A DNA stretch of 38,221 nt, filler included, from Thelocarpon superellum (taxonomy: Eukaryota), in NCBI GenBank assembly GCA_026025795.1. It is 12 parts of 12 records of this genome, joined end to end, with 100 filler letters (N's around TTAATTAATTAA, not from the genome) between each part and the next. Parts side by side here need not be neighbours in the genome. Positions count along the whole stretch, not along the records: positions 20,506 to 23,507 come from JAPEUG010000790.1; positions 23,608 to 26,592 come from JAPEUG010000791.1; positions 26,693 to 29,630 come from JAPEUG010000792.1; positions 29,731 to 32,608 come from JAPEUG010000793.1; positions 32,709 to 35,470 come from JAPEUG010000795.1; 7 more parts are not named here. One strand, 5' to 3'. A model generated the notes under the pieces. That model saw nothing but the letters and a program-made list of their open reading frames with translations. It was not told the origin of the DNA and ran no database searches. This document shows, one piece after another, positions 22,531 through 33,213 of this stretch. The position numbers and the translations under genes were made by a program. Each line of letters starts with the position of its first letter. Within the stretch, counting starts at the first letter, position 1.

Positions 22531-23314
22531 ATGCCGTCGAAAAAGCGGAAAGTGTTATCGCAAGCGGAAATCTGGGATGACTCGGCCTTGATACAATCTT
22601 GGGATGAGGCGCTCCAGGAGTATCAAGTGCACCATTCCCCGCCCTCGTTGCCTTGAGCGCGGATCGCTGATGAGTCAAAACAGCACTACCACAGCATACA
22701 TGCACGGGGGGAGAAGGTTGAGGAGGTCCTGGCTGCAGAAGATGAAGCCAGGATGGATCCGTATGTCAGACGCCTGCACAGCTTGTACGGGCTGACCCAC
22801 AGTTGCCAGGCATTCGTCCAGAACGACGCCAGATGGCGCCCATGCGGTCCAGCCTCCTCCACATGGCCGCGCGGACGCAGCACGTGTTGAGGCGGCAGAT
22901 GAGGAGATAGAGGAACCGCTCATCGTACCTAATGCAGTGCTTGCAACTACGGAGGTACATGGCCTACGGACTCTCCACCGTGGCTCAAGCCTGTCATTAA
23001 TGATGGTGTCACAGGAGGCCAGAGTCCAGGCTGAGCCCCAAAGGGAAGCCGCACTGCAATCTGGAGGCGCCGTGCGTGGAGCGGAGCGAGCTGGCGCCGG
23101 CCCGCTGCACATGCCGAACGGACTGATCGGAGCAGGTACGACCCGACCGGTGGCCCGGCAGTTGTCGTGGAGCAGGCGTGAACTAAACGGAACCAATGCA
23201 GGAGACGACGAGGCATTGAAGGGCCTAATGATGTCTTGGTACTATGCCGGATATTACACGGGACTCCATGATGGTTTGCAACGAAGCAAGCGGGATGCTG
23301 AGGGAGGAGGGTGA
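22531..23314 (+). CDS. SMN1: Survival motor neuron (SMN)-like protein, spliced
   Basis: N-terminal Gemin2-binding motif (EIWDDSALIQSWDEALQEY|HYHSIH) and C-terminal YG box (LMMSWYYAGYYTGL). Internal exon boundaries are approximate. Confidence 0.85.
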
Positions 23315-23607
23315 CCGTTGGCGGGGAACGCTCTGGGCTTGGCCAAGTGTATCTCGTCCTGAAATCAAGTGAGCCCGCGCTCTGGAAACGGGTGGCGCAA
23401 AGTCTCTTCAAGATAGAGGTGGTGAGGTGAGGGAGGTGCAGAGCCGTGGCGAAGTGGGTATCGCAGTGGGCCGGGTCAGGTATGGTCCGTGGATGGCAAT
23501 GACACGCNNNNNNNNNNNNNNNNNNNNNNNNNNNNNNNNNNNNNNNNNNNNTTAATTAATTAANNNNNNNNNNNNNNNNNNNNNNNNNNNNNNNNNNNNN
23601 NNNNNNN

Positions 23608-25233
23608 TGATCAGCGCGCAAGGCCAGAAGAATATCCAAGAGCGACTGATCCAGGAGCTCATGTCGATCCCGAACGCGGCGGTAAGTGGCGAGGTGCCCG
23701 GTCGGACCGATTGTGCGATTGTGCGATTGTGCGAGACTGATTCTCTCTTGCAGTGGGATTCCATCATCCAGTCGGCGAATCAAAACCCGGCGAGCCTGCA
23801 GGACGCCGACACGATCAAGGTGGTGGGCAACATCATGAAGACCAACGTGTCGGCGTGCACGTCGATCGGGAGCTACTTCTACCCACAGATCGGCCGGATC
23901 TATCTCGACATGCTCTCGATGTACCGAGCCACCAGCCAGATGATCTCGGAAGCGGTGGCACGAGACGGTGAGCATGGGAAGCGCGGTGACGGGGGCGATC
24001 GGCTGACACATGGGTAGGCACGATCGCAACGAAGATGCCCAAAGTTCGAGGATTGCGGACGATCAAGAAGGAGATTCTCAAGCTGATCGACACCTACGTG
24101 CAGAAGGCCGATGACCTGGAGGTAGTTAATACCAGCGTCGTGCCGGCCCTGCTCGATGCCGTGCTCGTGGACTACAACCGCAACGTGCCGGATGCCCGCG
24201 ACGCCGAAGTGCTGAACGTCATGTCGACCATCATCACCAAGCTTCATGTACGTTGGACCCCACACACCACCCGATTCATGGTTGGGCGCATCTCCCACCC
24301 GTGGCATGGGACGTGGCTGACACTCGACAGGGCATGATGGAGGACAAGGTGCCGATCATCATGGAGAATGTGTTCGAGTGTACGCTGGAGATGATCAACA
24401 AGGACTTCTCGGAATATCCCGAGCATCGCGTGGAGTTCTTTACCTTGCTACGCGCCATCAACCTCTATTGCTTCCCTGGTGAGTGTGGCGGGTCAATCGC
24501 GGGCCGCGGACCGGATGGCTAACAGGGTTGCGCTAGCGTTGCTGAAACTGGACAATCGTCAGTTCAAATTCGTCATCGATTCGTGTCTCTGGGCCAGCAA
24601 ACACGACAACCGCGAGGTGGAGAACGCGGGGCTCAACATGTGCATCGAGCTGATGAACAACATCGCCGAGACGGATGCCCAGACGTCGAGCGCCTTCTTT
24701 AACCAGTTCTTCATTCCCATCCTTCAGGACGTCTTCTTCGTGCTCACGGACACGGATCACAAGGCGGGCTTCAAGTCGCAGTCCTTACTCCTGGCGCGCA
24801 TGTTCTACTTTGTCGAGTCGGGCAAGATCCAAGGACCCATCTACCAACCCGACCAGGCTCAAGCGGGCACGTCGAACAAGGACTTTCTACGGGAATTCGT
24901 CGGCAGCCTCCTGCAGAACGCCTTTCCCAACCTCCAACCGTATGTCTTTTCTCTACATGAGATGAGCACGGGCTGACGCAACGATGACACAGGATCCAAA
25001 TCAAAACCTTTGTCGATGGTCTCTTCGCCCTAAACCACGATCTGCAGCGCTTCAAGCTGAACTTGCGGGACTTCTTGATCCAGCTCAAGGAATTCTCTGG
25101 CGACAACGCCGAGCTGTACGCCGAAGAACGCGAGCAGGAGCAGCAATCGGCCAAGGACGCGGAGCGAGAACGCGCCCTGAAGGTGGGTGGGTTGCTGAAG
25201 CCTGCGGATCTGGACCAGGATGACGAGCTATGA
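23608..25233 (+). CDS. CRM1: Exportin-1 (Crm1/Xpo1/KapK), 3' part, multi-exon
   Basis: [97 protein letters not shown] and [17 protein letters not shown]. Confidence 0.96.
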
Positions 25234-25615
25234 CTGGATGAGGAGTGGGGGGAAAGGCGTCGAATCGGGACAAATCAGGGCGGAGAAAACGAAGGGAACG
25301 ACAAGGTGAGGTGGCGCGACGAGAAAGAGGAAAAGCGACGGCGGCAGCGACAGCGACATGAAAACGAACGGGGGCCGGATCAGCAACGGCGATCAGGAGA
25401 GCGAGCACGAGAGCGAGAACGAGAGCGGAAAGATGTCTTCTTTGAAGGGTGGTCATTCTACGGACTGTGACTGACCCACCGACCGATGGACCGATGGACT
25501 GATTGACGATATGTGACGGGGCAGTGATTGCGATTGCGATTGTGACGGTACCGTGATTGAGGGATGCGAGTGATACGCGTCCGACGAAATGCAGATGAAT
25601 CAATTCAAACCAACT

Positions 25616-25657
25616 CAAGCCAAGCCAAGCCGAGCCGAGCCAAGCCGAGCCAAGCCA
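25616..25657. repeat. (CMAGC-type, CAAGC/CGAGC)n pentanucleotide microsatellite
   Basis: About 8 CAAGC/CGAGC units between the convergent CRM1 and AGX1 3' ends. Confidence 0.85.
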
Positions 25658-25932
25658 AACGAGAGTTCTACCAGGTTCTACGAGCACAAGAATGCATGAT
25701 CTACCACGCAGCTATACTATAGCGCCCCTGCTCGCGGATGACCTAGGTCTTTCATACGACCGAGCTGTGTTTGCCAGGTGAGCAGAACAGTACCCATTCC
25801 CATTCCCATTTCGAGCACTAGAAAGAAGCATGGGAAAAAGGGGGTCTTGTAGATCATTCGTCCGTTCTAGTTGCCTAGATCAGGTTTATCATTACTCTGC
25901 TTCTCTTCTCTTCTCTTCTCTGTCTTCTTCAA

Positions 25933-26487
25933 TTATTTGCTTTCTCCCCCGCTTGCCTTGGCATAGCCACATTCCACCAACGATGCTTTCAACGCTTGTA
26001 ATGCGCGCTGGATATCTGTTCGGTTCGGGTCGGTCTGTAGAACAAGTCAGCCGCCGTGTTGACGGAGACTCCCTCTCCCCTCTCTCACTCCCTCCTCCCC
26101 TTTGGAAAGAAGAAAGGATACATACCGCACTGACGCCCATATGGCCGATACGGAAATAAGTGGGCGCGATGGCGCGGTGCAAGCCGCCTGCGAAGACGAC
26201 CTGATGGGACGAGAGCAGTTTGGGCAGGAGATCGGAGACCTTGAGGCCCGACGGGAGGTATATGGCTGTCATGCTGTTGCTTTGTGATGCCGCGTCGGCT
26301 GCCAGCTGCGTGAGCCCCAGCTCGGCGATGCCGGCTTTGACTCGCTGCGATGCTGCCCGGTGCAGCGCGAAGCGCTCCGAGAGTGGTGCGGATAGGATCT
26401 GCGTCAGTGATGTGTGCAGCGCGTGGATGAGCTGCGGGGATGGCGTGGCGAAGTAGGATGGTTTGCCTGCTTCGTAGTTTTGCATGA
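25933..26487 (-). CDS. AGX1: Alanine-glyoxylate / serine-pyruvate aminotransferase (class V PLP), last two exons
   Basis: MQNYEAGKPSYFATPSPQLIHALHTSL...VVFAGGLHRAIAPTYFRIGHMGVSA|TDPNRTDIQRALQALKASLVECGY...GESK*. 5' part is off-contig. Confidence 0.88.
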
Positions 26488-26692
26488 CTGTTGGTGTGTG
26501 TTTTTGTTAGTTGATTGGGAGCATGACAGCGATGGTGGCGGTTGTGGATGAGACAAGGGCCGGGGGGCGGGGGGGGGGGGGGAAGACTCGGANNNNNNNN
26601 NNNNNNNNNNNNNNNNNNNNNNNNNNNNNNNNNNNNTTAATTAATTAANNNNNNNNNNNNNNNNNNNNNNNNNNNNNNNNNNNNNNNNNNNN

Positions 26693-27741
26693 TTGCCCAG
26701 CATGTTGAAGCCCCCTTCGTCGCTCTGGGCCACGCTGTTGTCGCGCGTCATGCGGTCGAGGTCGACAATCTCGTAGGTGCTGCCGCCAGGCTCGCACTCG
26801 CGGTCCGCGGCCAAGAGCCGTTCCACCTCATCCTCCACCGCTTCGATGGTCCGATTGGAGACGCGCTTACGGAAGCGATTCTTGCGGACGTTGTGCATGG
26901 GGGGCGTCAGGCCATGCGGGTACTGAAAGGTCTTGGGGTCGATGTTGGGCGGCAGCGGGGCCGTCAGCGCCATGTCCTCCGTGTCGACGCGGCCCGTGAC
27001 GATGAGCATCTGGCAGATGTCGGCGGCCTTCCACCAACCACGTCGATCCCAGCTCTTCATGCCCTCGACGACGCAAGGCAGATCAACCATGGTGGCAGCG
27101 TAGTGGCGCTGGCGGATGGTCACGATGGCGCGGCGGCCGTCCCGATTCAAGAACTTCATGCTGACGTCGGCGCCGCCGTCGCGCTTGGGCAAGCCCATCT
27201 TCTTCTCCTCGATGGCCTTGCGCAGGTAGTCGCAATCGTCGCCCGGCTCCATGCGCAGAATGAACTCCTCCTCAATGTGCGGGTCGATCTCACGGTCGGA
27301 CGACTCCGAGTCGTAGCCGACCCCCAAAGGTCGGGGCGGGGGTTTGCCCTTCAGCTTGGCACGGATGATGGGGGTGACAGGGCCTTTGTGCTTCAGCTTC
27401 AACCGCTTGGCGGGGTTTGCGGAGAGTGCAATCATATCTGGATCCACGACATCGTCGTCACCGGGTTTGACACGCTTCTTGCTCGAGGGCGACGTTCCGT
27501 TCGTCACAACCTTGACGGTGGTCTTGGACTTTTTCGGCTTCTTGTCGCCTTTGGCCGAGCGGGAGGCGTGCGGCGAGTTTGCGGCAGGGGTGGAGGGCTT
27601 CGAGGCGCCACCGAGTTTCAAGGTGATCTTTGGCGTCGACGTAGAAGATGGAGGAGGTTCAAAGGAAGCAGGCTGAGTGGAGTGGAGAGAGGAGGTTGAG
27701 AGCTTGAGCTTGAGCGGCGGCCGGCTCGGAGGATTCGACAT
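26693..27741 (-). CDS. TAF7: TFIID subunit TAF7 (TAFII55_N domain), 3'-truncated
   Basis: DPHIEEEFILRM, YAATMVDLPCVVEGMKSWDRRGWWKAADICQML and YPHGLTPPMHNVRKNRFRKR. Confidence 0.93.
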
Positions 27742-28319
27742 CTTGATCAAGGGCAGGGGTTGCTGGCGCACGAGCGCTAAGAGTTATTCGCGGCTGGGGC
27801 TTCTGTTGCGCACCATCTGATAGAGAGGATGCTGAGGCTTCACAGGGTATCTGGCGGCCATGGCCGTCGGAAGTGAGATGGAAGTATCGCGGTGGTGATG
27901 GAGTCCCGAAGTGGGACGCGTAGGAGATCGCGCAAGACAATCAGTGACTAGGGTGCACCGTAGGCTGTGGTAGCGCAAGTCAGCCCGTCGCCCCATTCAC
28001 CCCCGTCACCCCTGCCATCCCCATCACCCCCGTCATCCCCATCACCTCCGTCACCCTATCCCCCCATCACTACGTTACCAGTCAGCTTCAGGAGTATGTC
28101 GACCCTCAAGTGGGGATGCCACCCCACCTCCTCCCATCTTCTCCCAATATCGCTCCTGAAATCCTCACCCTCTGTGGTCTAGCGCAAAATGCCATGGACA
28201 GTGAGACCACTGCTAAGCACGTGATGGGTGCAGAATGACAGTGGTCGCACGATCACCCTCTCCCTCTTCGTGCCTTGCCTCCCCATCCCACCTGGCTCAG
28301 CAATCGACCTGCCGGCAAC

Positions 28320-29001
28320 ATGTCGGCGCACGGCCTTCACAATTCGCTCCTCCGACCGCCCATCCTCCAGATTCTCCGTGCCGCCGGCTTCCATTCTACT
28401 CGGCCCTCGGTGTTGGACACGGTCGTTGATCTCGCCGCACGCTATCTGGACCTCCTGGCCAGCACCACGGCGGCGCAATCCGCGAACCATGTACATTTCC
28501 CCGAACCCCAGCTGGAAGATGTGCGCGTGGCCATGGAAGAATGCGGCGTCTTTCGACCGCAGCGCACCGTCGCCGAGGATGAGTGGCAGGGCGAAGAGGA
28601 CCTACGGGGACTGGAGGCTTTCCTGGACTGGGCGCGTGGCGACGTCAACCAAGAGATCCGCCGCATCGCGGGCATGGTCGGAAAACCAGACGCGGTCAAC
28701 GTCGAAACTACTGTGGCCGGAGAAGACTTCCTCACTGGTGAGTGCGACGATGATGACTGAGGTCGATTGACGTCGCTGACGAGGTGCAGCGTTGAAAAAG
28801 AGACACAGCAAGACGGGGGATGAAGCTCGGTACCAGGGCACGGTGCTGGGTGGTACCGTGGACGATCGGACGATCACCATCGAAGGCGGACCGATGAGCA
28901 GCATCGCCGAGTGGGCCGAGCACCTCACACACCAACGCCACGGCGATCCCTCCGCCGCGTCTGACGGCCATCCGATGAGGGCCATGTCGACTTCGGCGTA
29001 G
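28320..29001 (+). CDS. TAF3: Bromodomain-associated (BTP) histone-fold protein, TFIID subunit TAF3-like, 2 exons
   Basis: LHNSLLRPPILQILRAAGFHSTRPSVLDTVVDLAARYLDLLAS parallels the yeast Taf3 N-terminal histone fold as I recall it (LLRxxILQxLxAxGFxxxRPSxxD). Intron about 28738-28789, then ALKKRHSK. Confidence 0.78.
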
Positions 29002-29134
29002 TGTGACCAGGCTGCGGATGAGTGATACATACCAACGTGTTTGGACCGGAAGCAGACCATGCTAGGACGTGGGTTCATGAACATGGAACATTGCATGTCT
29101 TGATCGGCATCCTGTATACCTGTGACATGCCCCA

Positions 29135-29605
29135 CTATCGTCCTTCCACCGCTGCTGGACCCCCCGTCTGCCCGCGGGGACCATCCACATTAAAGCCTTC
29201 CTCACGGGCGTCCTTGACCGCCTCGCGCCGGCCGCGTTGCTCCTCCTTCTTTTGATCCAAGCCACTGGTCAAGCTCGGCTGCTCGCCCGTGCCCGTCTTG
29301 TTGAGTTGCGCGCGCATGACATCCCCTTCCCCAGGCGCACGCATCTGCTCGCCATCGAGCGGACTTGCCTCCCCGATCTCGTCTTCCGCACGATCCGCCC
29401 CCGCGCCAGGGCCGGCGCCGAGAGCCGAGGAAGTGGGCTGGGCCTCCGCCTGATCCCCGGCTGTACGACGAGCCGTGTTCCGATCGCTATTCAGCGGCGA
29501 TTGTTGTGCGGCGGCCGAAATCTCGGCAGGGGTCTGCTCCACGGCGTTGCCGGGCGTGATGTAGGCTTGGTCGAGCTTGGGCTGGGCTGGCTCTTGCGGA
29601 TTCAT
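29135..29605 (-). CDS. Hypothetical hydrophilic protein, 156 aa (Gly/Ala/Glu/Gln-rich)
   Basis: Strong GCCACCATG start context, GC3-rich codons, intact ORF, no Cys or Trp; contains GEQMRAPGEGDV...GEQPSLTSGLDQKKEEQ. Confidence 0.7.
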   Translation of the reverse strand: MNPQEPAQPKLDQAYITPGNAVEQTPAEISAAAQQSPLNSDRNTARRTAGDQAEAQPTSSALGAGPGAGADRAEDEIGEASPLDGEQMRAPGEGDVMRAQLNKTGTGEQPSLTSGLDQKKEEQRGRREAVKDAREEGFNVDGPRGQTGGPAAVEGR

Positions 29606-29733
29606 GGTGGCGGCTAGATGGAGATATCAANNNNNNNNNNNNNNNNNNNNNNNNNNNNNNNNNNNNNNNNNNNNTTAATTAATTAANNNNNNNNNNNNNN
29701 NNNNNNNNNNNNNNNNNNNNNNNNNNNNNNATC

Positions 29734-30620
29734 ATGTCGAGCATCACCCTTAAGCTCAGTTCGCTGGTCATCAAGACCCTCTCCAAACCTATCGCGGTAG
29801 GTCTCTTTTCCCCTGAAGTCGTCTGCCGCCCGAGGTTGCCCCCGCTAACGCCGATGCCAAATAGAATCAGATCAAGGCGCAAGCGCGGGAGCACGCACGC
29901 TTCCGACGACTATGCATCTCATTTGCGCAGTCGATCCACCGCATCGACATGCGGCTCCGGCTCGGCCTGCTGCAAGACACGGCAGCGATTGACCGGCAGG
30001 CGGCCAAGGAGGCGGCGGAAGCACAAGCCAAGAAGCACAAGATCGACGCGCCCACAGTGAAGACGGAGGCCCAGACCAAATTGGACGAGGCAGCGGTGGC
30101 GCGTGAGAAGCGAGATCCGAGCCTGAAGGCCAAAACGGCCGTCAAGCCGCGCATCAGACCCTTGTCCGAGGCCAAAGCCATCGACACGGGTGCCAACTTC
30201 ATCAGCGAGACCTTTCTGTTTCTCGTTGGCGGCGGCTTGATCGTCTTCGAGTCCTTTCGCTCGCGGCGCAAGGAGAGCAACCGGCGGGAGGATGTGGCCG
30301 GCCGCATCGGCGAATTGGAGGAGAGTGAGCGCAATGCGCGGCGGGCGTTGGTGGCGCTCGAAAAGGAAGTGCTCGATCTAAGGGCGCGTGAGATGAAACA
30401 CGCGCCCAAATCAGGCACACGAATCTTGCCGAAAGAGGTGTGGGAGCAGGAGGAGCAGGAGGAGCAGGAGGACGAAGAACGGGCGCAAGGCTGGTGGAGC
30501 TGGGTCACTCGACGAGGCCACGCTTTCCCGGCCCCCACCCCCGCCGTCGCCAGCGAGCCGACAAGCACGCCCCCACCTCCTCTGTCGTCGACGCCACAAC
30601 CATCAAGACCAGCTTCATGA
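29734..30620 (+). CDS. OPA3: OPA3-domain mitochondrial protein, 2 exons
   Basis: MSSITLKLSSLVIKTLSKPIA|NQIKAQAREHARFRRLCISFAQSIHR...IRPLSEAKAIDTGANFISETFLFLVGGGLIVFE followed by a coiled coil. Confidence 0.9.
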
Positions 30621-31606
30621 CGCATGTACCGTTGCTCGGGTGATCGGGTGATCGGCGTCTGGCGGGAAACTTCAATCTGATTGCCAATGTAACTGCTCTC
30701 CTCTTTTAGGTCGTCCTACTCGTGGCCCGGCTCGGCTGTGAAGCTTTGGTGTCCAGTACCGGCGTCGATGTATCGTTACGGCACCAGGAGGCGTTTCGGG
30801 AACCGGCACTCTCCTCTCCACGCTACGAGGGTTATGCTCGACTCGTCCTCGGCCTCGTCCGTCTCCCGCTCCCTCTCGTCCTCGTCCTCGTTCTCTTACT
30901 CGCCCCTCTATCAAGAACCTGACTTGCCCCTCTGCATCGCCCCATAGAAGAAGGCGTGATCCCATACACGTGGCTGTGCAATTTACCCGCCCCTGTGCCC
31001 TGCTTCCTCTATTCCACTGATGCGACACCAGCCTACACAAGATGAGTTACACTCCACAGACTTTCTGCTTACCCAACTCAGAGCGACCACAAACGCAGTC
31101 TGACGTAACGAGCTTCGCTGGGTGATTGGCCAATGTTTCAGGAACCAGCATTCTGGGGGCTCTCCGAAGAACCAGGCGTGCCCCCGCACATCTAGCGGTG
31201 TATTACGGATGGGAATAGCAACTAGGAGGCGCGCTGTAATTTTGTATGGATGTGTGCCTGTATTCTACAACTAGCTTCTTACTCCCCCACCACGACCTTT
31301 GGCACTTGAAGCCATGATGCTTCTAGAGCATATGTCGAATCTACCACTTGATGTACCAGCAATTAGATATGACATGCTTGGGTGTCCTGGATCCACATTG
31401 GAAAGTCAGGTCGCTTCCAAGCTTCACAAGTCCTTCTAGTCATATCGGAGGGACCCCCTACATTTAGCCATGTTCTGTGGCAATCACCACTTAAGAGGAT
31501 CCATCGGAGCAGGGGCTTGTCTTGCCCACCCAAACCATTACGGTCAGTCTCCCCTCCCATTACCTCGCCTGGTTCGTAGCAGACGCCCACGTCAGGATTT
31601 GGAAAG

Positions 31607-32494
31607 ATGTACAACTTGGCGCTACAGAAGAGCTCGGTCTGGCATCCCACCATCCGTCAACTGTCCGACGCACCATTCTATCTACGGGGTGAGAGTTACC
31701 GTAGGTCCTGCTTTCCAATTATGAGGTTAACGTTTCGTGGGGAGATCCAGCATCCACGCTGGATGGACATGACGTTGCCATTCCCCGTCGTGTTGAAGTG
31801 CCTTCGACCCAGGGGAGGCAGGCGAATACCGAGAGCCACGAGCCTCTGGTTCGATTTCTCTTCCTCTCTCCGGACTCAATTGGCACAGATCATTGCGGGG
31901 CATCCCTGGACAAGGTCGCGAAGCTATGGCGGGCGACCGGCGGGCAGAACGTGGCGTTGGTGTGTCTCCTCCATCTACCTTCATCCCCGGGAGTAGATCG
32001 TGAAGGTACCGGTGGCGGGACTATCGACGCGGACGACTCAGTGCTCGAGGGCACCTACCTGCTGATGACGCTGCAAAGCTTGTTCGTGTCCCCTTTCCCA
32101 CTGTGCTTCAGCGTGGGCGTCGTTGACACTGTCCGTCAACGCTGACAGGCTTCTCTCGCGACGAGATGTCGCGGCCACCCCACCCATCCTACCTCTCACG
32201 AACCCATCCTCCTTGGTCAAGCTGCTGGCATCATACATGGACACGCTTCGCTCCGTGTCAGACGCGTTGCCTGTCGTCAAGACCCCTCCCGCACCCGACC
32301 TTCTCTCACATCTCACGACAGCTCCATACCTCTCCAAAGAAGCTCAAGATCTCCTGCGAGAGGCGTTCCCGACATTAAGACACGTTGCAAAGGCCTCGAC
32401 TTGCGTTGAGGGCCGACAAAAGATTCAAGACATCTTGGGACCAGAGGCAGCAGGGATCCTGGAGTTCTGGGATTGCGAGTGGATTGCGGAGTAA
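31607..32494 (+). CDS. Conserved-looking hypothetical protein; candidate Spo16/SCRE (ERCC1-like fold plus HhH-like C-terminus), 3 exons
   Basis: Phase-compatible introns at 31689 (or 31701)-31750 and 32092-32148 join three ORF fragments into MYNLALQKSSVWHPTIRQLSDAPFYLR|ASTLDGHDVAIP...VRFLFLSP...LDKVAKLWRATGGQNVALVCLL...LLMTLQSL|LLS...ILPLTNPSSLVKLL...LSKEAQDLLREAFPTLRHVAKAS...ILGPEAAGILEFW. Confidence 0.6.
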
Positions 32495-33123
32495 GAAATG
32501 AATGTTGCTCATCCCAGTATCGTCCGAATCCAATCCTTCGTAAGATGTTAGCCTTGCGAAAGGATCTCTGGGCATCCAGGGAAAGTCTTGTCCAAGTAAT
32601 AGCAGGACNNNNNNNNNNNNNNNNNNNNNNNNNNNNNNNNNNNNNNNNNNNNTTAATTAATTAANNNNNNNNNNNNNNNNNNNNNNNNNNNNNNNNNNNN
32701 NNNNNNNNCCTTGGCGCTGTCGCAGCATGGATTCATGGCTGCGTTGATAGGAGACGAGGGGCCATTATCCTGAGGAGGTTTGCGTGGGGAAATGTTTCTA
32801 AGAGGCGACGATGGATGATGGCTTACGGATGGATGGAGACATGGTAAAGGGAGACGGAATGAAGAGTGAAGCGATCTGGACGGGCATGTACGAAGAGCGA
32901 CGATCACAGGAACGAGAACGAGAGCTTCTCGCTGTGTAAAACTAGCGACACGAACGGTTCATTCGTCTACATAACATATACCCGCCTCTTCTTCTTCTTG
33001 TCCCTCTTCTTCCTCTTTCTTAACCTTCTTCGTGCCGTCTCTGTAGCGTAGAAATGATCGCGGAGATCAATACATTACCCTGCCGCTGTGAAGCTCACTC
33101 GTTGATCTGCCAAAACAGACGCT

Positions 33124-33213
33124 TGTAGGAGGGCGCACGTGACTTGGTCACGTGCCCACTCCTACAACTATCCCGACTACGCGTAGATTAGCAATTCAGC
33201 TTTGATTCCTACA
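33124..33213 (+). mobile_element. 90-bp non-autonomous element, copy C
   Basis: TGTAGGA...TCCTACA; TSD CGCT at 33120-33123 and 33214-33217. Lies on a different contig from copies A and B. Confidence 0.9.

Noticed and set aside
25753..25800. 5S rRNA-like start (CATACGACC)
   Set aside because: Similarity does not extend beyond about 9 nt. No tRNA or rRNA gene was recognised anywhere in the window.
7981..29001. Apparent cluster of RNA-processing and nuclear genes (TRL1, NOP15, SMN, CRM1, TAFs)
   Set aside because: They lie on different contigs joined artificially by size order.
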